NCBI RefSeq assembly: GCF_008831285.2
Contig: NC_045138.2
Span: 41,478,001 to 41,542,000, forward strand
Direction: 5' to 3'
Source of the DNA: Nymphaea colorata
Taxonomy: Eukaryota
DNA length: 64,000 bases
Below the pieces are notes generated by a model. It was given only the letters and a program-made list of their open reading frames with translations, did no database searches and was not told where the DNA came from. Position numbers and translations under genes: made by a program. How positions within the stretch are numbered: position 1 is the stretch's first letter; each line of letters begins with the position of its first letter. Positions 12,574 through 25,339 of the stretch are shown one piece after another.

Positions 12574-15453
12574 CTGACCCATAGCTCACCAGAGGCTGGC
12601 TGATTTTGTGAGAAGAAGAGAGGGATACTGAGAGTAAATTTGCCATGTTTTATTATTCTCATACCTTTCCCTCCTAATCTTTCCGTTTATAAAAACGTTG
12701 AAAATACACAATTGACAGGTACTTCTCTTTCGTTTTCCCTTCTCTCCTTTTCTTTCTAACTATCCGACACTGTTTTGTTTAATCCTTTCCTTTATCTCCT
12801 CTATAAGTTGCCACAGAAACACAGGTTTGTTTATATTCTTTCATCTTCTTTCTCTCTATTTCCTTCTATCCAAAGTATTAGGGTGAGAATTTAAAACTTA
12901 TACGGTGAAAGTCTTCTAAAACTAGCAGAGCTTTGGCACAGAAAGAGTTAAAGTCCTGTAAGAGGTCACAAGATTTGAATCCATGACTGGAGCCCTCAGC
13001 CCACTGTGCAGCACACTTAACATCATGTCATCTAATTTCAGTAGTTACGGATGACTTAAAAAAAGATTGAAACCCTGTGGAAATATGCCATGGCGTTTCG
13101 CCTTCTACCTTTGCACGTTTCTGCAACTTACTGAGTTTATCCTTCAAAAGAAATGGTGAACGCATTGAAAGCTTCACTAGAATAATTCCACTGCCATAAC
13201 TGACGCGATTTGGGGTTTCGTTAACTCCATCTGAAGAAAAATCTACCGTAGCGAATGAACGAAGTAAAAGGACGTAACCAAGGACAGCAGAGAGAAGGCC
13301 ACAAAGGGGGATATAAACGATGTTCAGAGTCCCTAAAGCTTCCTCAACTAATACTTCGAGTTTTACTATTTTTTTGAATTTCTGCTAGTTTGGGCCTGGT
13401 GTGTTCAACTTAGGGATATTTGGCAACGTTAAATGAATCTATTCCAAAAATTAAGATAAATACATGAAATATTGTATTACAATGTTTCATAATATATCCT
13501 AATCTCTGGAGCAGATTCATAAAATAGTAATAAACTGTTTTCATTACCAGATGGCCCTTTAAGGATTTAAAGATGGGGAAAGTGCACGCAGGAATCCGTG
13601 TGTGTGCTCCACCTGAGAGAGAAATCATGCTCGCACAAGCATTGGGCATCTGATTTCAGAAATCATTTTCAATCCCTGATCAGATAAAGGTTCGAGCTAA
13701 AGGCCCGAGAAAGCACATCAAAACCCGTTCATTGTTGCTGTCAAATAAAGAAAATGAGAAATATAACATAGATTTGCAGATTAAATGCATCCAAAGATTC
13801 GATGTGCTCCGCTGCTTATACAAAAGGACAATCATATGTTTTCAAGTTAATATTTTCAAGTTGGGCAACTGGCGGCATAGCTTGCCTTGGAAGGAAAGCA
13901 ATCATGTTGCACTCTTCAGAGTTAGTATATATATTACCACTCAATTAGGTATCAGGAACAAACCAGGTTAATTGGTTAGGTAAATATGGTATAATATCTT
14001 CATTTCTCACATCCGCTTCATTTTTCACAGTGGCACGTCGATATGCAATAAACGGATTCCTTTCATTATAATGTTAGGTTTAGATAGATCAAGTATAAGA
14101 TTTCAAAGGAGCGGCCTTTTTTAAAAAAAAAAAATCTCTGACATCAAAATTGGAGGATGAAAAGCCTTGGTTCTAGTATAGATGATTGATGAGAGTAACT
14201 TTTCTTCATTGTAACCACGTAACGGTCATATTTTTCAGAGACAAGCAAACATCTCTGCCCATCACGCACAAGACCGTCCAGAGATTCCAATATCTTTTGT
14301 CCGGTAGTTTACTACAGCTGTAAATTTTTTTGGTTTCTTGTTCTTTCACTGTTCCTCCCCTTCTGTTAATGATTATGACAAGGCAACTTGCTGCTTTCTT
14401 CTGCTTCAATATCACCAACAATGACAAAAGAAAAATGAAAACTAAAGACAAAGAATTCTTGCTGTAAAGGACTTTAACCCTTGGAACAGAAGAAAGAAAG
14501 CTGTAAAAACTGTTCGCTAATGAACGCAGAAGATGGCACCCTGGGGGAAAAAACAATGTATTATTGCAACAATAATTCCAATGGCTAGATATTTGAAACA
14601 ACCAAATGTGTTCGATTGATACAAACAAAAAAGTGTGAGAATGAAAATTAGGAAAGAGTGAACAGAGGTAGCATGTCGTTGACATCACCTCATATCATAT
14701 CACATCATATCAGTTTCATTAAGTTGGAGTATGCTCAAGACATTTCTTTCAAAGAAGACAATCTAACCACATGGAAATTGAAACATGGGACTGCTCATTC
14801 AGAGCAAGGGTGACCTAACTATCCAGCTATCTAATTTGATTTCACCAACTCAAAGCTCAGCCATAACCTGCTGTGGTCCATTCCAAATAATTTAGATGAA
14901 AAGGCAGGCAAAAAACTCACATGGGCTTGTACCTTCAAGTCACCTGCTACATGGACATTCCCCATGTCGTTGCGTTTGCAAACCATCCACCAAGGGACAA
15001 CAATGATTACCTTGTAAGCAAAGATCTTTTATTCTCCATGAATAAAAAACAGAGTAAAGCAACAACAAAAAACTAAAGTTGGTGCTTCCCCCTTATTTCA
15101 TGGCACCTCCTTCCATTTGACATGATGAAAGATTCCTTAGGAATAATAGTAGCAACAACAAGAAGAAGAACAAAGTTGAAAAGGAGAGAAAGAGAAAAAG
15201 AACCCGATACTCATGCTTTACAGGAAAACTATACAGAGTCTGCATAAGATGAACCTCCTATCACTGAGAAGTGCACACAAGAACCAAAAATCAAACAGGG
15301 AGATAGAACAGCAACTATTTGAACTAAACCAAGCGTATAAATCGAGAGAGAGAGCAAGACAAATTGAACCAATAAACAGGCGAAAAAGAAAGAAAAGGAA
15401 AAGCAAAGAATTTTTCTAATTCAATCAAGAATCCATATCCTCTTGCGATTTTG

Positions 15454-16824
15454 TTACTGTTTATTCTTGCCGCCACTCTTGCTCTTATATCCATAGTAGT
15501 CGAGGTACCAATTGACAAACTTCTTCAGGCCGGTCTGCAGATCAGTTGTAGGCCTGTAGCCAAGCTCTAGACTCGCAAGCGTTATGTTGGCATGTGTGAA
15601 AGGCACATCACCATTAGCAGGCATCTCCACCACGTTCCTCCTCGCCTTCACTCTCAGGTGGCGCTCCAGTATGTTCACCAAAGTGGGCACCCCAAGAGGC
15701 GACGTGTTCCCCAGATTGTATATCTTGTAATTGGCCTTCCCCTTCTTTTTCCCTCCGCTGCCCGTGCTCTTACCGGCCTTGTCCAGAGCCGCAATACACC
15801 CTCGGACAACATCATCAATGTAGGTGAAATCCCGGGAGAGTTGCTGGCGATCCTTCCTCTGATAGACCACAACTTCCTTCCCCTGCAGAATGTTGCGGGT
15901 GAAGAAGAAGTAGGCCATGTCTGGCCTGCCCCAGGGGCCGTATACAGTGAAGAACCGAAGGCCGGTGATGGATAAACCGTAGATATGGTTATAAACATGA
16001 GTGATTTCCTCGCCAGCCTTCTTCGTCGCTGCATAGAGACTTGCAGGTTGATCGGTTCGATCAGATTCAGAGAAGGGGACCTTCACGTTGAGCCCGTAGA
16101 CAGAACTGGATGATGCCCAGACGAAGGCCGGTTGGGGATTCGCAGATTTGGCGGCCTCCAAGAGCGCGACCAGCCCAGCGACGTTGCTTCTAACGTAGGA
16201 AGATGGGTTTTCAATCGCGTAGCGAACGCCCGCCTGCGCGGCAAGGTGCATTACATGGGTGAAAGGAACGAGTTCGAAGAGCTTGGCGAGGAGGTGGGCG
16301 TCGTTGATGTCGCCATCGACGACGAAGACGCCGTGCTTGTTGAGCAAGGTCTCGCGTGCACGCTTGAGCGAGGGGTCGTAATAGTCATTAAAGTTGTCGA
16401 GGCCGACGAGGCCGTCGCCCCGCTTCTTGAGGGCGAGGGAAACATGGGTGCCGATGAATCCGGCGCCGCCGGTAACCAGAACGATCAAGCCGTCGCTCCG
16501 CTTCCGGTGGCACGATTTTCTCACCTGCTTCTCCCAAAGAGGGCCGCCCCAAGAGGAAGATTGGATCAGCAGAGCCTGTCTTTTCGTCGGGACATTTACC
16601 GGGTTGTTGGCGGGGCCATTGTGGGTGGGGGAGAAGTGGAGGAAGGCTTCCTTGGTTAGGACAAAGAGCATTGCGAAGACGAAGAAGAAGAGGAACCAGA
16701 AAATGCAAGGCGAGGAACAAGACGTGACCAACCGAGTGAATTGACGAAAGAGGCCGTGATGCGTCCGGTCGATCTTCACCTTCCCCGGTGTGGAGGGGAA
16801 ATTATCCTGCGAGGACGGAGGCAT
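15454..16824 (-). CDS. GAE: UDP-glucuronate 4-epimerase (Golgi type II membrane SDR-family enzyme), 456 aa, intronless
   Basis: N-terminal PSTPGKxK motif, transmembrane segment, GGAGFIG Rossmann motif, HLAAQAGVRYA, YAATKK catalytic motif and RFFTVYGPWGRPDMAYFFF, all typical of plant GAE proteins. Paralog number not assigned. Confidence 0.96.
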   Translation of the reverse strand: MPPSSQDNFPSTPGKVKIDRTHHGLFRQFTRLVTSCSSPCIFWFLFFFVFAMLFVLTKEAFLHFSPTHNGPANNPVNVPTKRQALLIQSSSWGGPLWEKQVRKSCHRKRSDGLIVLVTGGAGFIGTHVSLALKKRGDGLVGLDNFNDYYDPSLKRARETLLNKHGVFVVDGDINDAHLLAKLFELVPFTHVMHLAAQAGVRYAIENPSSYVRSNVAGLVALLEAAKSANPQPAFVWASSSSVYGLNVKVPFSESDRTDQPASLYAATKKAGEEITHVYNHIYGLSITGLRFFTVYGPWGRPDMAYFFFTRNILQGKEVVVYQRKDRQQLSRDFTYIDDVVRGCIAALDKAGKSTGSGGKKKGKANYKIYNLGNTSPLGVPTLVNILERHLRVKARRNVVEMPANGDVPFTHANITLASLELGYRPTTDLQTGLKKFVNWYLDYYGYKSKSGGKNKQ

Positions 16825-16848
16825 CTCTCCCTGTCTCCCGCTGCAAGG

Positions 16849-17013
16849 TCAATCTCGTTGGGGATGGAGATGGTCGTAGTAATGATGTCTCCTCCACTCC
16901 CCAGTTTCTGGTTTAGGCTGAAACCCCCATCCTTCCCGTCGGACTAGTGCCGCCACCAACGAAAAATCCGATCGATGCCCACTTCTCAGATCTGTGAAGG
17001 AAGCAAAACCCAT
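16849..17013 (-). promoter_or_regulatory. Candidate upstream ORF (54 aa) in the GAE 5' leader
   Basis: ATG at 17013 and TGA at 16851-16849, 24 nt before the GAE ATG. It lies downstream of the pyrimidine-rich tract (17075-17120, - strand) that probably marks the transcription start region. Confidence 0.45.
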
Positions 17014-17730
17014 TTCAGGTTTCTCATCTAAACCCCAATTACAACGGTGGTCGTCAACAGAGAGATGTAGACAAAAAGAGAAGGGGAGAGTGAGGGGGAG
17101 GGTAAGAGAGAGAGAGAAACTCACTGACTTGTTCTCTTCCTTCTGAGTTATCGAGTTTTGACGGTTATGATTTTCATGGAGGACCAGAGCGGCGGTTTTC
17201 TCTGCGAAGAATCGAACTGCATTAATTGATAAGAGAATCAGAGCAGATATGCACAAGGCCCAGATGAATGCCCTTCGCAGTCCATGGAGGGAAGCGTCCT
17301 CTCTCTCTCTCTCTCTCTCTCGTTCTTCCTGCAGACTGTGAGGGAGGACAATGAGTCCAAAATAACGAGTTTCCTGTTTCTGCGTCTCTGCTTCAGATCT
17401 CTCTTTCCCTCCCCGTCTTTGGTTTCACGGTTTTATTTGATGGGTAGAACAGAGACGATTCGTTGCTTCTACCAGACGAGTCTCGTGGGACCCGTCCTCC
17501 CCCTCTCTCTCTCTCGACGCCCATCCACGTCTCTCGGCATTCAAAATTTTAACCGAAGTCTTCTGGTTCAAAAACAACTTAAAGAATTGTTTAAACTTTA
17601 ATGGACAGCACAGAAGGGATCATTAAGACATTAACAGAAGCTAAACACCAAACACCAAGATCGATCTGTTTCTCTATTTCTCCTTGAAAACCGTAAAACT
17701 GGTGATTCATCAGAAACGATATTATTGGTA

Positions 17731-17740
17731 ACCACGTGGT
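17731..17740. promoter_or_regulatory. G-box (CACGTG) within the 10-bp palindrome ACCACGTGGT, upstream of GAE
   Basis: Direct motif match about 0.9 kb upstream of the GAE start. Function is inferred only. Confidence 0.3.
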
Positions 17741-20700
17741 GAGATGCGGCCTACATGTTGGTCCTTTTTTTAAAGCTTCAAGACCAGGAACTGATTCGAA
17801 GGGGATTGCTTTCTTCTTCTTCTGATTTTCCTGTTAAAAATGTGCAGTGTGGTCATCAGACCAGATTGGCTTAAACAAAGACAAATTAACCCGAAAAGGA
17901 AGAAGTTCTCAAATTCACACATTCATGGAGTCCACGGAAAACCAACACGGCTGACTTTTGACAGATAGAATGCTGCGTGCGTCTGTTCGCCTGTCTACAA
18001 GTGGGAGTTCCTCCATTTTTACTGATACCCCTTTGCTTTCTCTGAAGTTTCACCGTGACGGCGCCGTTTTTGAGGAAATAAGATCCATCGATCGACTGAA
18101 TTTTGGGCCGCCGAGAACGCCACCACTTATCAAACAAGCTTATTTACTTGACCTCGAAACCTTGTGGGAAGTTTTGGATGACAGTCTTAAGTGAGTTTTG
18201 GAGCTAAAATTATGTTTTATCTTACCGCGTAAAGTGTGTTTAGGTAATAGTTAAATAAATCTAATTTTGAGAAAAGGACGTTTTCAAAGTAACTCGTTCT
18301 GGCAAATGGAATCGCATATAATTCTTTCATAAATATGAGAAAAAAAATAAAACAAATTTATGAAACACCTTAAAAAGAATATAGAACAATTACAAACTGT
18401 TTCATTGCCAAACAATCTCTAAGTTTTTCAAAAAAAAAAAAAAAAAGTGGTTCTAATTTTCATAAAGCCCTTTTGATTCAAATCTGGGGTTGGTTTGATA
18501 AGAGAATATATATATGAGAAGTCCGGACAATATGTGGCCGTTATTGCTATATGAATTTGCTCAAAGATTGAGAAATATTATCTGATATGAATTTAATTTT
18601 TAGGGTAGATTTATGAAACAATATTACAGTTGCCAAACGACATATATGTATTCGGACGGAGAACATATTGTTCGTCTTATCAAACACCCTTTAGGAGTTG
18701 ATTATCTGTCCTAGAAGACAGGTCTTAAAAGGTTAAGGACCTAACTCATTTTCTCAATTTACTATGGTCATGCACATCAGCATATGAGAAGTCAATGATG
18801 GTATGCTACATCAAAACAGGGTCAAGGTTTGTTTTTCTCTATATATTTGCATGTATCCGTATTTTTAAATGCACAGTAGAGAAGGCATTGCATTTTATGA
18901 ATTTTTTACTCCTTTTTCAGGATAAAAGGTGAGAAAAATGCAAGATAAGGGGAAATTTAGCTCTATTATGTATGTTTGTAGCAGTGGCGGAGCCGGAAAT
19001 TTCTGGCTAAGAGGCATTGTAAGTTTAAATTTCAGAATTTAAGGGGCGTTTATATGTAAAAAATTTAAAATTAATGAAATTTGTATATATAAATCATTTA
19101 ATCACTGTTTTAGAGTCCACAAGGTTCTACATTTGATCTCCACTTTCCCTGATCTTTTGAAATGCAACTTGGTAAAAATGGAGATCTCAAATGCAAGTCA
19201 GGCTTGAGATCCTTACTTTGATAAATGTGAATCTTTTGCAATAATAGTAAAGTCATGTCACACCCAATCCATAGATTTTGAAATTTGGACTTTTGAATGG
19301 ATCTGGGGTTGCCAATGGATCTAATTTAGACTAAATATTCCATTAAACTGATTCAAAAAGAATTTAATACTATATTAAAAAATTGGATTAGATTTGGATT
19401 TAAAAAATGATTTGGATACCATTCAAGGCCCCGGTCCTCCTCTTTACTTTTGAAGAGCAAATCAATTGATTTGTTTATTTCCTAAGGAGTTCTTCATCAC
19501 TACGAAGCATTAAAATCTCCAAATAAAGAGTTAAATTAAGAAATCCTATGTGGACAAAATAAAAACTTATATTACTAATTAATGAAACATCAAAAAAGTC
19601 CAGACAAAGAATCTTAAACTGCTACTTGTAAAGAAAATCAAACATAACGAATCGGTTAAGTACCGATTCAATTAGAATCGTTTGATTCATGCCAACCGAG
19701 GCGGATTCAGATGACACTACTCAGGAAGAAAAATCATAGAAAATTAAAATAAATTTAAAACTGTTACGGTCCTTGAAGTGTGTAAGGATTGTGAGCAAAA
19801 TCTTTTGCTTGATCGTTTCAACAATTTATTTTAATATAACGTATGAGAATCGAGAGCATAAAGTTGGTAGAAGAGACACGATGTAGAGATATAGTTGTCC
19901 CGCACATGATTTGAAATAAAGAAACAAAGGATGGTAAAACTCAAATTCAAACACGCTAAAAGAAGTTTCATGGCAGCATTTGACATGGAAAAATATCATG
20001 CAACCGACGTTTGATTGGTCTTCTCGATAAAAAGTCCCACTGCAGATGACGTCACAGTAAGGGAAATTGTCCACAAATTTATCAGGATAAAAAGTCATCA
20101 AAAAAGTCAGACTACATTTTTTAAGAGAAGTAAGCATAAGTTTATTTTATTTTCATAATCATAAGCTTGACCGAAAGGGCAATATATATGTCATCATGTT
20201 TGCTAAGAAAATATAAATGTGACAGCCGACAAGTCAGATTTATGACTTCCGGGACATAATATGGTAAAAGTTTGCATAATCCCATCTTGCCAATGAAAAG
20301 GCAAAGTACTAATATTACGATTAGTTTGGGACATCTAAAACATACCAGAACGACATATGAAAAACTCGTAAAAATGATGAAATCCATATGGTATAGGACG
20401 ACTATATTTGGTGCTTTTAGTGAGAGAGTTCATGGCATATTTAGTCATGAATTTTAAATATTTAGACATCATCGATGCTCGATACATTTCATTTCATAGA
20501 CATAAGATGGGTTTCTCAGTTCTTCTTCTCTCTCTAAAACACATCAATTTAAGAGAGAGAATATGAGAGAGAAAAAGAGAGGGAAAAAAAACCCAACCAA
20601 CCATTTTCAAAATGAGGCTGATTAGTCACATTTCTTGTATGTGAACCAAGTTGGATTAAAATAAGATGTCCCCAAGAAATGACGGAGAGCTTCCGCTTTC

Positions 20701-21284
20701 ACTCAAGCAGTCGGATTAACCTGAACCACCAGCACCCATAGTTGGAGATCCATGGTAAAAATGCAAGCTGTGGGCTTGGAGATGTGGGTTCCCTTTCCCA
20801 AGAAAGAAGAAGAAGAAGAAGAGAATTAATCCCGGCTTTAATGGCTTTTTAACACAGGAGAGAGTACAAGTTGCAGGCAAGTGTAGTACAGAGAGAGAGA
20901 GCTTCCAAAAGAATCCAATGTTATAAATTTTTAAATTCTTGTGAGGCAGCCACCTAATAATTGAATGTTGGAAGATGACATATTGGCTTACGTCTTCCGT
21001 CATCATCCCCACTTAATGATGAAAATGTCCATGTTTAATGAAAAAAAAGAAACTTTTTTTTTTAAATTAAAAAAAAGTGAAAAGACTCAAAAAGATATTC
21101 CTTATTTTATAATTTCACCAATGTCCCCCTTTTTATCCTTTTGAAATTAATTAAAAAAAAAAACTAATTTAAAAACAGCTCACCATTAGAGTAACACGCA
21201 AGGTGGGGGTGAGGGTGAGTGTTAAATGAACAGAAAGATATAATGAATTTTTAAGGAAATCTATATGTAGTGCTTGATTTGTTT

Positions 21285-21288
<4 letters not shown>

Positions 21289-21367
<79 letters not shown>
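21289..21367. repeat. (AT)n microsatellite, about 39 units
   Basis: Seen directly. Confidence 0.95.
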
Positions 21368-21370
<3 letters not shown>

Positions 21371-23528
21371 AGAGAGAGAGAAAGAGCTGATAAAATGAAA
21401 ATGTATATCAAAATTTAAAGACAAGAAGTCTCCTAGATACAGTAACAAACCACAAGACAAAGACAAAAGAGAAAATATACAAAACGACATACAGAAAAAA
21501 CAAAATAAGAGAGGTGGAAAGACAAACGGCAACATCACCCAACTGTAGAAGAGAACGACGCCGCAGCTAAATGGCAAAATGAACATCACCCTACACAAGA
21601 CGAGTTATAGACTCCGACGAAAAGAATGTGCCCTTAAAGACCATGTTGTTGCGCTTCTCTTAAATGCATCACCAAGCTGAAATGAGCTACAACCTCCAAA
21701 CACGACTAAAAAGTATAGTTTTTTTAGTCAATGTGATGTAAAATGAAAAAGAAATATATGTGAAAATGATATTAACAGCATTCTTTATTCTAAAGTTCTG
21801 ACACACTTTTTTTCCACTTCATTAAGGAGATGAATATAGAACGCCATTTTAGAGAAAATGGCGGGTCGGATAATATATATTACTATCATAGAACGTCCGG
21901 GCACATAAATATTCAGACACATTGAATTGGCAGTTCCGTACCTGTTAGCTACTGCCCAGGCAGATCTGAAAACGGCAGAATACAAGCACGGCTTCATGGT
22001 AAAGTTTTAAAGATTATTATTATTATTATCATTAAGGTAATTTTACACTACAAATGGTTCATTAACTTGATAAAATATCAAATAAAATTTTAACTCATAA
22101 CCATTAGTCCGGCTACCAATTCGTACTGAATAAAATATTATTGTACTTTTTTATTAATTTTTTTTTTACAGATTTTTCCCGCTCTTTGTTTATCTTAATG
22201 AATTTTTTGGGTTTATTTACATCTGGTTAGGAGGATCAGTGAATTAATTAATCGACTGATTCACTCACCTCGATCTGCCAATTCACCCAATGGGCAGCCC
22301 GCGGATTCAGTTCAGCTTCCTATACTCACTCCATCAGTTCTGGGTTTACGACCTTTTTCTAATTAGCCAGATTAGTTTTCTACCAGTTTTTGTTAGGGAT
22401 GTTCAATTAAGAACGTCAATGTATCTCATTTGGATCGGATATTTTGACCCAACCCTTCCAAAAAAAAATAGATATGAATAAAATTTAATATCTTATTAAG
22501 AAATCAGATTGGAATTGAATGTAAGAAATGACATCCGATCAAATTTGATTTTGAATATACATAAACATCAGACCGGATTTGGAAAAAAAAAGAGATATTC
22601 AGGCTGAAATGGTTTTTTTTTCAGTCGTTTTTATTCTATGATGTCAGTCCAAATATTGTTTAAAAAACGTAAGTGGAATCCATCTAGAATAGCTAGAAAA
22701 CCTAGCCACTAGTTACGGTTGGTTCGGTTCACCCCTAACTCGGCTGACTTGGTCCGACTCGTCCTCGACTCGGCCCTGACTCATCCTGACTTGCCAAATT
22801 CAAGTTATTTTTAAACTCAACTGAGTCGGCGAGTCAACTCAATGACCTAATGACCCAGTCATCAGTCGATCCGAGTCAGAGAGACCGGTTTGCCGACTAT
22901 GTTCTTACCTGTTCTCTTCGCCAAAAGAAACTTTTCTCCATGAGCCACGTTCTAAAATTTGCTGATTGCATCATCTTATTTAAAAAGTTCTCCCTAAGAT
23001 CTTGATTTGTCTAATGTCCTAATAATCCGTCCAAAACCTTTTGTCTCAATCTTAGTTGAATAATCCCCAACAAACCTTTGTCTCGTATGTTTGTTGGGTT
23101 CCAAACTTTCCACAATATGAGAGAAATTTCTGCGACCTTTAGCAACCACATGAGAACCGGGCAATTTCAAAGATACTGAAAATATAAATGCAAAGTAGGT
23201 GACGAAAGTGAGGTACTAATCTCACTTTATTTATTTATTTATTTTTATATGAGAAAGGCATATAATGCGTCCGTGGCCAGACAATGTGAAACCCCGACGC
23301 TACCACTGTGTCGCTGCTTCCTTGGCTTATACACGTTGCGACCAGAGAAAGCGACTGAATTTCCAGCTGCTGGCGCCCACTTCACCACCTGAATAGTGAA
23401 TATCAGCAGTTTATATGTTATGTTTCTTCATGGAGACCAATCATGATGAAAGCCAAAATGACTAAAATACCCTTGTCGCTAAAATGGAGGACCTCCTCCT
23501 ATAAGGATTGGAGTGGAACCAAAGAATG

Positions 23529-23529
<1 letters not shown>

Positions 23530-23597
<68 letters not shown>
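23530..23597. repeat. Compound (TA)n(GA)n microsatellite
   Basis: Seen directly. Confidence 0.95.
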
Positions 23598-23602
<5 letters not shown>

Positions 23603-24357
23603 GGTAGCTGCTATACCTTCATATGGTAGATCTATATAGGTTATTTAGCCCATGAATTTTTAAGAAGATCAGACATTACACATTAGAGCCCAAAAATGTA
23701 GTTCAAAGGAGGATGGAGAAAAAATAGGAAGACAAAATGAATTTCCTTAAACCACAACCCTTTTCAAAGGGTATTTCAGACACTTAAAAAGTAGTTTGAT
23801 TTTTAGATTTAAAACTTTTGATGCCCGTCGTATCGACAGCCTAAAAATTATTCCCATAAAGTCTTGGATATAAATATATGTGAGTGTTGCAACCAGGCCG
23901 TTTATCTATGTGAAATGAGTTGCACCTGACATGGATACCGACAACGTTGGGTTTATATACGTTTTCATTGGAACTGCAGTTAACATGGACGACCATGGCG
24001 ACTGGCCTGGATGATTCAGACCCGGGCTATGAATCTGAGTAAAGTGTAGGCATTGGATCTGCGTCCAAGCCCAAATGAAGCATACCATTAAGCAAAACTG
24101 CAGCGGGCTCCATGAACACAACTTAATCCAAACTTTCTCCTTAAGACCATGAAAGTAATAATCTTTATAATAAAAAAAGTTGATCTTATTTAGCAATTTT
24201 AGGGCAGATTCATGAAACTCGGTAACATAGTGCTTTATGAATTTAGCCAAATTTTAGGACAGAACCATTGGATAGTAACAATCTGTTATGAGTGTCGAAC
24301 ACCGCATTCCAAATATTGAAGCACGACGACCAATCATTAACAACTAGTTGTCTTTGG

Positions 24358-24811
24358 TGTAACGCCCCAAATGTTTAGTCTCGTATCGAATATTGTGAGG
24401 AATCTTCAAGGGTTTATAAAAGAGGTCATTAATGAGATGATTGTTCTGGTTCCTAACCTTTCTAAAGTTGGAGCCCAAACTGCTAGGGGGCTGGTTGAGA
24501 TCCGCCGATCCAGGGGCTCGAGCACAGGAATGGGTCAGGTTGTTACAGTGGTATCAGAGCAGTTGCAACACTCTAACTTGAGGTCTCACATGCGCGGACG
24601 CGTGTGCCTTAAGGGGGTGGATTGTAATGCCCCAAATGTTTAGCCTCGTATCGAAGATTGTGAAGAATCTTTTAGGGTTTATAAAGGGGGTCATTAATGA
24701 GATGATTATTCTAGTTCCTATCCTTTATAGAGTTGGAGCCAAAACTACTAGGGGGTGGTTGAGATCCGCCGAACTAGGGGCTCCAACCCAGGAGTGGGTC
24801 AGGTTATAACA
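24358..24811 (+). mobile_element. TRIM (terminal-repeat retrotransposon in miniature), complete, 454 bp
   Basis: LTRs at 24358-24547 and 24623-24811 with TG...CA ends, about 87-88% identical by eye. PBS TGGTATCAGAGC (tRNA-iMet) at 24549-24560. PPT AAGGGGGTGGAT at 24611-24622. 75-bp internal domain. TSD TTTGG/CTTGG (one mismatch). Confidence 0.93.
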
Positions 24812-25040
24812 CTTGGAACACATATTCCTACAAAACAAGTTCAAAAGATGCTATATTCTTGCTATTTGACTGACATTTGAGCATCTTTCCCGTGTGTCAA
24901 GGCATTAAGGTGCAAGGTGTTGCGCATGTTGCCATAGTAGTTGTGAGCATTTCCATTGTCATCTTCATCCCTTCCATTGAAGCAAATATTATGTACAAAA
25001 AACAGAGAAACGAAAAAGTTTGTGTTGTTCTCCCTTAGTT

Positions 25041-25121
25041 GACGGAGGCTGTAAGCCGAACCACGTACAAAACTTTGTTCTCTTGTCTGTTTTATGTGTG
25101 GGAGTGAGTTTCATCATAGAT
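25041..25121 (+). mobile_element. Remnant of an older copia-type LTR, disrupted by the adjacent insertion
   Basis: GACGGAGGC-N-GCCGAACCACGTA followed by a T-rich tract resembles the GACGTAGGC...CCGAACCACGTAAA motif common in plant copia LTRs. Confidence 0.4.
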
Positions 25122-25126
25122 AGCCC

Positions 25127-25329
25127 TGTTGAATATTGGAGGAAGAAAGGGACGAGAGAGAGAGAGAGAAAAAATAAACACTTTCTTTCTTATTCACCTG
25201 ACCTTAATCTCATATTAAAAGAGATTAGAGTTGGCAACAAAACAATTACAAAATCAGTTCACTAAATAAAAGAAAATATTTAAAGAACTACTATTCAACT
25301 TTCTAATATTACAGAAACACTCTTTAAGA
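25127..25329 (-). repeat. 3' LTR of the copia element
   Basis: Direct repeat of 29526-29721. One terminal dinucleotide is mutated (…TTAAGA instead of …TTAACA on +). Confidence 0.93.
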
Positions 25330-25339
25330 CTCCCCCTCA

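Noticed and set aside
16132..16744. Long plus-strand ORFs (175 aa and 116 aa) opposite GAE
   Set aside because: Antisense shadows of a GC-rich coding sequence with no independent evidence.
21169..21598. ORFs with IYIYIY runs
   Set aside because: Translation of an (AT)n microsatellite.
24371..24809. Two similar ORFs (MFSLVS…)
   Set aside because: They are the two TRIM LTRs read in frame, not a gene pair.
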